From NCBI GenBank assembly GCA_015522695.1, contig WALT01000022.1:17503-49502 (forward strand): a stretch of 32,000 nucleotides of DNA, given 5' to 3'. The notes under the pieces were generated by a model that was not told where the DNA came from, did no database searches, and worked only from the letters and a program-made list of their open reading frames with translations. This document shows positions 1 to 8,173 of the stretch, in pieces. Origin of the DNA: Nitrososphaerota archaeon (lineage in GTDB: Archaea; Thermoproteota; Nitrososphaeria; Conexivisphaerales; Conexivisphaeraceae). The translations under genes and the position numbers were made by a program. Positions within the stretch are counted from its first letter, which is position 1. Each line of letters begins with the position of its first letter.

Positions 1-990
1 AGCTCCAGCCGGGAAGCCCCTGGCCTTCATACCTCCGAATGTAGATATCGGAAGCTCCCCATCGAGGTCGAATCTACCGTTTGCTGCCTGCTCTGCTGCC
101 CTTCCAGCATCGGCCAACCCGAGCTCCTCCAATGTCATCGCCGCCAGCACGCTGAACGTATCGTGAAGCTCGACGAAATCGACCTTCTCGATCTCGATCC
201 CTCCCTCCCTCAACGTCACGATCGAGCTCCTCAACGTCGGTATCGAGAGGGGATCATCCTGGGAGTAGAACCTCAGCGTGCTTGTTGTGTAGTCCGAGTA
301 CGTAACCCTGGCGATGCTTCCAGACGGATCTTCGGACATGAGCAATGCCGCTGCGCCATCGCTCAGCGGGGGCGAATCGAGCAGCCTGACGGGATCGGAG
401 ATCATGGGCGAGTTCAGGACGTGTTTCACGGATATCTCCCTTCTGAACTGTGCATGGGGCGAGTTGACGGCGTTTGCATGGGCTATCACGGGGAAGAACA
501 CCAGATCCTCATATCTAGCTGAATACCTGGCGAGGTATAGCTTAGTTAATATCCCAGCTATCGTATAGATGTTGGCACCGGTCATCAACGTGTACTCGGC
601 GTCCTCCGAGGTCGATAATGCCTCTACAGCATCCTCTGCCAAGACGTCCCTAGTCTTCTCGACTCCCACGACGAGCACGTTCCTATATGTACCGCTCCTT
701 ATCAGGGAGTATGCTGTGGCTATGGCGACGCCACCGGATGCATGTGCTGCCTCCATCCTCATGGACCTTACCCCGCTCAACCCGGCTTCGCTGGCTATGA
801 ACGTCCCGAGGTTATTCTGTGCCAGAAGCCTTCCAGCCATCATGTTGGCGACTATCATTAGGTCTATCGTCGGCCATCTGGCCTCCTCCATCGTCTTCAG
901 CACGGCCTCCACGGCCAGATCTACCAGCGAGCGTTCCCAGTGCTCCCCAACATCGGTCATCCCTATTGAGCGTATGTACACGCTGCTCAT
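1..990 (-). CDS. thiolase-like protein (archaeal acetyl-CoA C-acetyltransferase family), partial; C-terminus lies beyond the window edge
   Basis: Own minus-strand translation from ATG at 990: MSSVYIRSIGMTDVGEHW...RSMRMEAAHASGGVAIATAYSLIRSGTYRNVLVVGVEK...LSDGAAALLM. This fits the archaeal/SCP-x thiolase N-domain pattern. Its start overlaps the HMGCS stop (ATGA). It is absent from the ORF track because no stop codon falls inside the window. Confidence 0.8.
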   Translation of the reverse strand, partial: MSSVYIRSIGMTDVGEHWERSLVDLAVEAVLKTMEEARWPTIDLMIVANMMAGRLLAQNNLGTFIASEAGLSGVRSMRMEAAHASGGVAIATAYSLIRSGTYRNVLVVGVEKTRDVLAEDAVEALSTSEDAEYTLMTGANIYTIAGILTKLYLARYSARYEDLVFFPVIAHANAVNSPHAQFRREISVKHVLNSPMISDPVRLLDSPPLSDGAAALLMSEDPSGSIARVTYSDYTTSTLRFYSQDDPLSIPTLRSSIVTLREGGIEIEKVDFVELHDTFSVLAAMTLEELGLADAGRAAEQAANGRFDLDGELPISTFGGMKARGFPAGA

Positions 991-2021
991 CGTCTTATCT
1001 TCCTCCTATGTCTGGCATAGAGGGCATAGTCTATCTCCAACCTTCTTTCGAGCATGCTCCTCACGGTGACGTGGTCCTTCCTCCTTCCCACTATTCCATC
1101 CTTAACGTTCAACACGAACGCATCGCTCCCAGCTCCACTGCCGAAGCTGGCCAGGAGGATCCGGTCCCCCTGTTTGGCGATGTCCAGGGTTGCAGCCAAA
1201 CCCATGAGGGCGCTGGCCGAATATGTATTGCCCAGCTTGTCGTTCAGGAGACCTGGTTCGAGCTGTGTCATCGTGAAGCCGAGTTGAAGTCCTACGGTCA
1301 CGGGAAATCTGGGGTTTGGTTGATGGAATATCGCGAAGTTGAAATCTTCAGGTCTATATCCAGTTTCCTCGAACATCTTGGAGACCGACGATTTGATATG
1401 GTGGAAGTATGCTGGCTCCCCAGTGAACCTCCCCAGATGACGTGGATAGGGCTCCCCAGCTCTCCTCCAGAAATCTGGGGTATCGGTGACGTAAGAGACG
1501 CTATATTCGATTTCGGCGACCGAATCCTCACTTCCATGTCCCAACACGTAAGCTACGCTGCCGCTGGCTGCTGTGTATTCCAAATCATCTCCCGGCCTTC
1601 CCTGCGCCGTATCAGATGCCACCACGAGTCCAGCATCGATCATGCCCGATCCTACGAGTCCCTCAACCATCTGTATCCCCTCAGTTGCAGCCTTACATGC
1701 AAACTCCAGGTCGGCGGCGAGCGTATACTTCTGGCCTAGGGCCTCCGCGACGATCGTACTGGAGGGCTTCACAGCATAGGGCTTCGACTCCGTGCCGACG
1801 AATATCGCCCTTATTTCATCTATCCTGGCCATCTTCAGCGCTCTTTTGGCGGACTCTATAGCCATGGTCACGGTGTCCTCATCTTCGTTCGCCACGGCCT
1901 TCTCCTTATTCGGTCTTCGACCCCCGTACGTCCATACCCTGGCTATCTCTGTTGTCGGTACCCTGCGCACAGGTATATAGGCACCATAGCCCAAGATATC
2001 CACAGATTTTATGGGCCTCAA
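987..2021 (-). CDS. hydroxymethylglutaryl-CoA synthase (archaeal type)
   Basis: 344-aa ORF with N-terminal ILGYGAYIP, the EFACKAAT active-site Cys context and a C-terminal SFGSGAGSDAF motif. It is followed directly by the thiolase-like gene, as in archaeal mevalonate-pathway operons. Confidence 0.9.
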   Translation of the reverse strand: MRPIKSVDILGYGAYIPVRRVPTTEIARVWTYGGRRPNKEKAVANEDEDTVTMAIESAKRALKMARIDEIRAIFVGTESKPYAVKPSSTIVAEALGQKYTLAADLEFACKAATEGIQMVEGLVGSGMIDAGLVVASDTAQGRPGDDLEYTAASGSVAYVLGHGSEDSVAEIEYSVSYVTDTPDFWRRAGEPYPRHLGRFTGEPAYFHHIKSSVSKMFEETGYRPEDFNFAIFHQPNPRFPVTVGLQLGFTMTQLEPGLLNDKLGNTYSASALMGLAATLDIAKQGDRILLASFGSGAGSDAFVLNVKDGIVGRRKDHVTVRSMLERRLEIDYALYARHRRKIRR

Positions 2022-2104
2022 TTATCCGCTTTAGCCATGGACGGAGAGAGCTTAAATCAGTTTGCATACGACGGAGATCGATATACGTCTATGGCCTAAT
2101 GGTC

Positions 2105-2263
2105 TTAGACAGCTGCTATCTGTTTAACTATATCTGGCCTGACCTTCCTGAACACCCTATAACCACATATACATTTCACATCGATATATCTCTCTAACTC
2201 GCTCTTGGTCATCTTGGTTCCGCACCTGATACACTCGTAGACGACGTCTTGTCCTTCGCCCAT
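2105..2263 (-). CDS. rpoP: DNA-directed RNA polymerase subunit P (Rpo12)
   Basis: 52-aa ORF below the 60-aa track cutoff. Own translation: MGEGQDVVYECIRCGTKMTKSELERYIDVKCICGYRVFRKVRPDIVKQIAAV. The zinc-ribbon pattern (CxxC ... CxCGY..F.K.RP) matches archaeal RpoP. Confidence 0.75.
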   Translation of the reverse strand: MGEGQDVVYECIRCGTKMTKSELERYIDVKCICGYRVFRKVRPDIVKQIAAV

Positions 2264-2294
2264 GCCGACCGGAGAGTTCGTCGATCCTAATAAA

Positions 2295-3353
2295 TCATGT
2301 CCCCAGAATCTCCAGATATCTATCGATGGCCGATAGCCTTTTCCTTGCGGAATCCAACAGGTCGTTTATCTCACGTGCTGTGGACCTCTTGAGGTCCAAT
2401 GGATGTAGTCTCCCTCCCCTGAAGTCCCTTTCGAGATCATCGTATGTGCTGTAGATTATGTCGCCCCCATACTTCGATGCCCTTTCAACGAGGAAATAGT
2501 CCTTCTCCCTGAACACGATATACTTGACCAGCTCCAGGATGGGATTGTTCTCCGTCACCCCCTGGGGGCACCATGCCTTCAGTATTTTTTTCTCGACGAT
2601 ATCCTCCGAATCGTGGATGAAGATCGCGCTCTCCGGTTTGGACTTACTCATCTTGCTCGAAACCTTAACATCCATGTTCGGGTCCTCATCGAGTCCTTCC
2701 CCTCGAGGCTCTTGAAGTCCTGTGAGCAAATGATGATGCAATGCTATCGGCTTATCCCATCCTAGCTTCGGGAACACGTCCCTGGCGAGCATGTGCACCT
2801 TCCTCTGATCGATCCCTGCATGGGCGACGTCGACCTCGAGCGCCTTCATATCTGCCGTCTGCATCAGAGGATATGCGTACTGCGCTGCATCGAGGTTCTC
2901 CTTGGCACGTCTACCCATTATGGTGAGAGTCCTCGCGACCCTGGAGATCGTGGTCTTTTTAGCCAACCTGATGAACAATTCCCAGTACTCAGGTGTTCTG
3001 GAGTATAGATCGGATCCCAGGACGACGTCCACGCCCGGTGCAAACCACTTGAAGATCTCGCCGTAGTATCGGGCGGCCTCCCTTATCCTCTCCCGATCGC
3101 CGCCGAGTTTATCGTTTATATAGCTGTGCCAGTCGGCCAGGAAAATGGTCGTGCGGAATCCGGCTTCGATGAAGTCCCTTATCTTGTACCCAGCGACGAA
3201 CAAGCTACCTAGATGTAATGGTCCGGAGATCTCAAATCCTATATAATGCTTCGGCTTATCCTCACCCTCGAGTAGCCCTCTGAGCTCCTCTACCGTTATC
3301 ACCTCGTCCGTAGGAGGTCTGAGCAGTAACTCGAGCCTCGAGTCTACGTCCAT
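2295..3353 (-). CDS. tyrS: tyrosyl-tRNA synthetase (class I; TyrRS/TrpRS family)
   Basis: 352 aa with a HIGH-like GPLHLGS, the KMSKS motif and YPLMQTAD. Length and motifs fit archaeal TyrRS better than TrpRS. A TATA-like ggttataagg (read on the minus strand) lies about 30 nt upstream of the ATG. Confidence 0.8.
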   Translation of the reverse strand: MDVDSRLELLLRPPTDEVITVEELRGLLEGEDKPKHYIGFEISGPLHLGSLFVAGYKIRDFIEAGFRTTIFLADWHSYINDKLGGDRERIREAARYYGEIFKWFAPGVDVVLGSDLYSRTPEYWELFIRLAKKTTISRVARTLTIMGRRAKENLDAAQYAYPLMQTADMKALEVDVAHAGIDQRKVHMLARDVFPKLGWDKPIALHHHLLTGLQEPRGEGLDEDPNMDVKVSSKMSKSKPESAIFIHDSEDIVEKKILKAWCPQGVTENNPILELVKYIVFREKDYFLVERASKYGGDIIYSTYDDLERDFRGGRLHPLDLKRSTAREINDLLDSARKRLSAIDRYLEILGT

Positions 3354-3494
3354 CCATCAACTTCGGTTCGATGTAACGGTTATAAGGATTCCCATATCGC
3401 TGCCCTTGCTGGACTCGAACGGGCGATGGACATCTTGATGGCTCGATGGAATGATCCTTAATCCTTAAAATGCTCGGTGTGATAGAAGGAGGAC

Positions 3495-6053
3495 GTGAGT
3501 GTACTATCCCCTGCCTTCATAATGGAAAGGTTGGCTGAACTCACAAAGCACAACAGCAACATATCGGAGTCCCTGTTGCTGGGTGCCGGCTATGATGGTC
3601 AGAAGAAGGCCGCCTTTCTACAGTTCTATGATCCCAACTCACAAAGGATCTTCTTCCATTACGACAGAAGCGGGCACAAGCCCTACGTGTACAGCAAGAA
3701 GTCCCCTTCAGAACTCGCTTCCCTCAGGGATAGGGAGGACGTGATCGATATCAGAGAGGAGGAGAAGTTGGACCTTTTGAACGACAAGAAGATACGTGTC
3801 AGCAAGATAATAGTCATGGATCCACTCGCCGTGTCGGGTACACCTGGTAGGAGGGGCATCAGGAACCTGATAGAAGCTTACGAGGCCGACATAACATACT
3901 ACATGAACTACATATATGATATGAGGCTCCATCCCGGGGCCTTCTACAAGGTCGTGGATGATGGAATGGTACCGGTGAGGTTCAAGGCTGAGGGGATGAT
4001 GGAAGATGCGTTGAAAAGGGCCCTCGATGAATCGGAGCCTGGATTCCATGAGTACATAAAGGAGTGGGCGGAGCTCTTGAGCCAGCCCCTCCCTGCGATA
4101 AAGAGGGCCGCATTGGACATAGAGGTTTACACGGAGAAGGTGGATAGGGTTCCTGATCCCAGTAAAGCCGATCAGAGGATCATCAGCGCCGCGTTAGTTG
4201 GAAGCGATCATAGGAAGAAGGTATACATCCTCAGGAGGCCGGACCTCCGAGAGGGAGAGCGGAAGCTACAGTCCGATGTAGAGATCGAGGTCTTCGATTC
4301 CGAGACCGAGCTGTTACTGACGTTATTTCGAGATATGCTCGAGTATCCGATGATCGTGACCTTCAATGGCGATGACTTCGATATGCCCTATATCTACCAT
4401 AGGGCTTTGAAGCTCGGGATACCGAGGGACGCCGTGCCGATAAACCTGGGAAGGAATGAGGCACATTCAAGACACGGAATACATATCGACCTCTACAGGG
4501 TGCTCAGCAATAGGTCCATACAGGGATATGCGTTCAATAACAGGTACAGCGAGCATACCCTGAACGCCGTCAGCGAGGCCCTATTGGGGATGGAAAAGGT
4601 GGAATTCGAGGGATCTATAAGCGGCCTGTCGCTCGGCACGCTCGCCTACTACAACTATACGGACGCTGAGCTGACGCTCAAGCTCACATCGTTCAGCAAC
4701 GACCTCCTACCGAAGCTCCTGATCACGATAATGAGGGTCGCTAAAATGCCGCTCTCCGATGTATCCAGGCTCAGCGTGTCGAACTGGATCAGGAGCCTGT
4801 TATTGTTCGAGCATAGACGCTGGAACGCTTTGGTTCCGAGGAAGGAAGACCTGGAGGCCAAATCCGTGACCTCCTCCAAGGCCATAATCAAGGGGAAGAA
4901 ATACCGCGGCGGCTTCGTCGTCGAACCGTCCTCGGGCATGCACTTCAACGTGGTCGTCCTCGATTTCGCCTCCCTATATCCCAGTATAATCAAGGTGTAC
5001 AACCTGTCGTATGAAACGGTGAGATGTCCACACGATGAATGTCGAAACGACCCCGATATGGCGATACCGGGGACCTCACATTGGAGATGTAGGAAACGGA
5101 AGGGGATAACCTCCCTGTTGATAGGCTCACTCAGGGATATCAGGGTCGACTACTTCAAGTCCCTCTCCAAGAGGCCAGGGCTTGGCGATGAGGAGAAGGA
5201 ATTCTATTCGGTCATCTCCCAGGCATTGAAGGTGATATTGAACGCTAGTTATGGGGTCATGGGCTTCGAGAACTTCGCGCTATACTGTTTGCCGGTGGCG
5301 GAGGCGACGGCGGCCTACGGTAGATGGGCGATAGAGCAGACGCTAAAGCATGCAAAGGAATACGGGCTCGATGTCGTCTACGGTGATACCGATTCGCTCT
5401 TCGTGAAATCACCAAGCGATCTGCAGATACGTGGGATGACGACCTGGGCCAAAGACGCGCTCGGTATAGATCTGGAGGTCGATAAGATGTTCAAATATGT
5501 GGCGTTCAGCAAGAGGAAGAAGAACTACATCGGGGTTTACCCGGAGGGCAAGGTGGAGGTCAAGGGCCTTACCGGTAAGAAGAGCAATACGCCCGAGTAC
5601 ATAAAGAGGGTCTTCTACGATGTGATAAATGTGCTCTCCAAGGTCGATAGCGAAGAGGACTTCGAGAAAGCCAGCGAGGAGATACATCAGATGATAAGAC
5701 GAGCATACCTCGACATCAAGAATAGGAGGGTGCCGATCGAGCAGTTGGCCTTCCACGTGATGCTGAACAAATCACTGGATCAGTACAGAGATACCACGCC
5801 ACAACATGTGAAGGCAGCCAGACAACTGAGAAATCTAGGCAGGGAGATCAAAGCGGGCGATATAATAACGTTCGTCAAGACGACGGGTGGTTTGGGCGTG
5901 AAGCCGGCCGAGCTGGCGAAACCGGAAGACATCGATGTAGAAAAATATACCGAATATCTGAGGTCGACCTTCGACCAACTGCTCGATGCCCTGGGCTACA
6001 GCTTCGAGGAGATAATGGGTGTGACGACGATAGAGGACTTCTTCTACATGTAG
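3495..6053 (+). CDS. polB: family B DNA polymerase
   Basis: 852 aa. Exo I LDIEV, Exo II FNGDDFDMPYI, Exo III YNYTDAELT. Pol A DFASLYPSII, Pol B KVILNASYG, Pol C YGDTDS. GTG start follows GGAGG; an alternative ATG is at 3522. Motifs are contiguous, so no intein. Confidence 0.95.
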   Translation: MSVLSPAFIMERLAELTKHNSNISESLLLGAGYDGQKKAAFLQFYDPNSQRIFFHYDRSGHKPYVYSKKSPSELASLRDREDVIDIREEEKLDLLNDKKIRVSKIIVMDPLAVSGTPGRRGIRNLIEAYEADITYYMNYIYDMRLHPGAFYKVVDDGMVPVRFKAEGMMEDALKRALDESEPGFHEYIKEWAELLSQPLPAIKRAALDIEVYTEKVDRVPDPSKADQRIISAALVGSDHRKKVYILRRPDLREGERKLQSDVEIEVFDSETELLLTLFRDMLEYPMIVTFNGDDFDMPYIYHRALKLGIPRDAVPINLGRNEAHSRHGIHIDLYRVLSNRSIQGYAFNNRYSEHTLNAVSEALLGMEKVEFEGSISGLSLGTLAYYNYTDAELTLKLTSFSNDLLPKLLITIMRVAKMPLSDVSRLSVSNWIRSLLLFEHRRWNALVPRKEDLEAKSVTSSKAIIKGKKYRGGFVVEPSSGMHFNVVVLDFASLYPSIIKVYNLSYETVRCPHDECRNDPDMAIPGTSHWRCRKRKGITSLLIGSLRDIRVDYFKSLSKRPGLGDEEKEFYSVISQALKVILNASYGVMGFENFALYCLPVAEATAAYGRWAIEQTLKHAKEYGLDVVYGDTDSLFVKSPSDLQIRGMTTWAKDALGIDLEVDKMFKYVAFSKRKKNYIGVYPEGKVEVKGLTGKKSNTPEYIKRVFYDVINVLSKVDSEEDFEKASEEIHQMIRRAYLDIKNRRVPIEQLAFHVMLNKSLDQYRDTTPQHVKAARQLRNLGREIKAGDIITFVKTTGGLGVKPAELAKPEDIDVEKYTEYLRSTFDQLLDALGYSFEEIMGVTTIEDFFYM

Positions 6054-6059
6054 CTGCCC

Positions 6060-6923
6060 ATGTATTTCTACGTGCATAGACCAGCTGATTGGTCAGGTTT
6101 CGATCCCGGCAACGCCGAGGTGATATTGTTTGGAGCACCATTCGACGGTACCCAGAGCTACAGACCTGGGGCGAGGGATGGTCCTTCAGCGGTGAGGATG
6201 GCCTTACCCAACATAGAGTTCTACAGCCTGGAATTGGACAGGGACCTCGAGGACCTCCCCATCGCCGACATCGGCGATCTAGATCTCACGTTGGACATGG
6301 ACTCCTTCTTAAAGCGGGTGGAAGGGACTGTCCAAGAGATACGTTCCATGGACAAGGTCCCTGCCGTGATCGGTGGAGAGCACACCTTAACCCTCGCATC
6401 ATATAAACAGTTCTGCGGCGCCAAGCTGGTGGTGCTCGATGCACATCTGGACCTCAGGGATGAGCTCTATGGGCTCAAGATATCCCATTGTACATTCCTA
6501 CGGAGGCTCCTCGAGGGGTGCGGATCTGTGGATATAATACACATAGGTGGAAGGGCCGCCGTCAAGGAGGAATGGGAATACGCCAAGGATAAGGGATTGG
6601 AGCTCTATAGCGTTTATGGTCTTGGGGATGCATCGCGAAGGCTCAAACAGCTGGCTGAATCGGATGAGAACCTATATGTCAGCCTCGACCTCGACGTCTT
6701 GGATCCCGCATTTGCCCCTGGGGTTAGTACGCCGGAACCTGGTGGGATCACGTCAAGGGAGCTTTTCGCCCTTCTTTCAAAGCTTGAAGGGGTTAGGTTG
6801 ATGGGGTTTGACGTCGTAGAGCTGACACCTCGACTGGATAGCTCCGGCATAACGGCGGTCATAGCGGCGAAAACGACGATAACGTTGGCGGCGATCGCTT
6901 GTTATGACAAAAATTGTTTATAG
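6060..6923 (+). CDS. speB: agmatinase (arginase/ureohydrolase family)
   Basis: 287 aa with GGEHTLT, DAHLDLR, SLDLDVLDPAFAPG and GFDVVE metal-binding motifs. Confidence 0.9.
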   Translation: MYFYVHRPADWSGFDPGNAEVILFGAPFDGTQSYRPGARDGPSAVRMALPNIEFYSLELDRDLEDLPIADIGDLDLTLDMDSFLKRVEGTVQEIRSMDKVPAVIGGEHTLTLASYKQFCGAKLVVLDAHLDLRDELYGLKISHCTFLRRLLEGCGSVDIIHIGGRAAVKEEWEYAKDKGLELYSVYGLGDASRRLKQLAESDENLYVSLDLDVLDPAFAPGVSTPEPGGITSRELFALLSKLEGVRLMGFDVVELTPRLDSSGITAVIAAKTTITLAAIACYDKNCL

Positions 6924-6939
6924 CTGTTGCTGACCGTGA

Positions 6940-7470
6940 ATGGAATATACGCTATTGGGGGGTGATAGAAGACCATCGGAGAGGTACGCGGCGGTAGCCG
7001 TCGTACTATGGCCGTATGCCGGTTCCTCCAGGTTGCTGATGGTGAAGCGTGCCAACAATCCTTCGGATCCATGGTCCGGTGATTGGGCGTTACCGGGTGG
7101 GAGGAAGGAGCCGAGGGACGCGAGCCTTTACGGTACAGCTAGAAGGGAGACCCTAGAGGAAACAGGCATAGATCTATCGTCGAGGGCGGACTTCCTGTTC
7201 GAGATGGACTATCATTTACCATGGTTCATGCCATGGATCAAGGTGAAGCCCTTCGTGTTCAGGCTCAGGAAGCTGAAGAAGGTGGTGTTGTCGCAGGAGC
7301 TGGAGAACTATTCATGGCCATTACTGAAAAAGTTAAATCCCGAGCTGGACGAAAGGAATAGACCTGTGTACTATTTTAGGAGGGGTGAGATAATTTGGGG
7401 AATGACCGCAAGGATAATAACAGATCTAAAACAGGAGTTGAGGAAAAGGGAGTTCAACTGGGCGACGTGA
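6940..7470 (+). CDS. Nudix hydrolase
   Basis: 176 aa with Nudix box GGRKEPRDASLYGTARRETLEETGI. Confidence 0.85.
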   Translation: MEYTLLGGDRRPSERYAAVAVVLWPYAGSSRLLMVKRANNPSDPWSGDWALPGGRKEPRDASLYGTARRETLEETGIDLSSRADFLFEMDYHLPWFMPWIKVKPFVFRLRKLKKVVLSQELENYSWPLLKKLNPELDERNRPVYYFRRGEIIWGMTARIITDLKQELRKREFNWAT

Positions 7471-8144
7471 TATTATCGAGGTTGCTCCATGCCCTGGATA
7501 TCGATAAACGGGATATCGTGCTCGACATGCCCTCGGATATCATCGACGATCCCTTCTCCCTGCTGGTGGCCGTGATACTTTCCCAGAACACGAGCGATAG
7601 GAACAGCTGGAGGGCCTTCAGGAGGTTGTCGAGCAAGATGGGGACCACGCTCGAGGCGATATCGTCCACCCCTGAACATGAGATAGAGGAGGCGATCAGG
7701 CCGGCCGGCCTTCACAGGGTCAAGGCCAAAAAATTACGTGCATTGGCTGAAGCCGTGTCGACGAATTATCATGGCAGATTGGATTCTTTGCTCAGCAAAC
7801 CCACAGCCGAAGCCCGTGAGGGGTTACTGAGCCTGCCCGCAGTCGGCCCCAAGACGGCAGATATCTTGCTGCTCTTCTATGCCAAGAGGAGGGTATTCCC
7901 GATCGACACGCACATCTCGAGGATCTCTAAAAGGCTTGGATTGGTCGGCGAGGAAGCAGGATATGAGGAGATCCGGAGGCGATTGGAGGGGATCTTCGAT
8001 CCAGATGATTACCTGATAGCACACAAAGTCCTGATAAAGTTCGGGAGGAGATATTGTAGGGCTCGCAATCCACTCTGTGAGGAATGCCCACTGAGGGATA
8101 TCTGCAAATGGAGAGCTGGAGGCGGAGGAAGAACAATTAATTAG
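7467..8144 (+). CDS. nth: endonuclease III (HhH-GPD DNA glycosylase with 4Fe-4S cluster)
   Basis: HhH LPAVGPKTADILL, catalytic-region D in PIDTH, and C-terminal CRARNPLCEECPLRDIC (C-x6-C-x2-C-x5-C). The ORF opens at 7395, but the GTG at 7467 overlaps the Nudix stop (GTGA) and gives a typical length of about 225 aa. Confidence 0.9.
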   Translation: MILSRLLHALDIDKRDIVLDMPSDIIDDPFSLLVAVILSQNTSDRNSWRAFRRLSSKMGTTLEAISSTPEHEIEEAIRPAGLHRVKAKKLRALAEAVSTNYHGRLDSLLSKPTAEAREGLLSLPAVGPKTADILLLFYAKRRVFPIDTHISRISKRLGLVGEEAGYEEIRRRLEGIFDPDDYLIAHKVLIKFGRRYCRARNPLCEECPLRDICKWRAGGGGRTIN

Positions 8145-8173
8145 TGGGGCTGGACCAGCAGGCAGCGAGAAGT

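Noticed and set aside
819-1739. 306-aa plus-strand ORF, along with other long antisense ORFs such as 569-1069, 8395-8799, 28230-28859 and 11183-11698
   Set aside because: Each lies antisense to, or out of frame with, a gene carrying strong family motifs (HMGCS, thiolase-like, ThrRS, TrpB2, resolvase-like). Their translations are Ser/Pro/Arg-rich and low in complexity, as expected for shadow ORFs in DNA of this GC content.
5020-5110. Cys/His cluster in PolB (CPHDEC...HWRC) as a novel zinc-finger insertion
   Set aside because: Archaeal family-B polymerases commonly carry Cys pairs at this position between motifs A and B, so this is not unusual.
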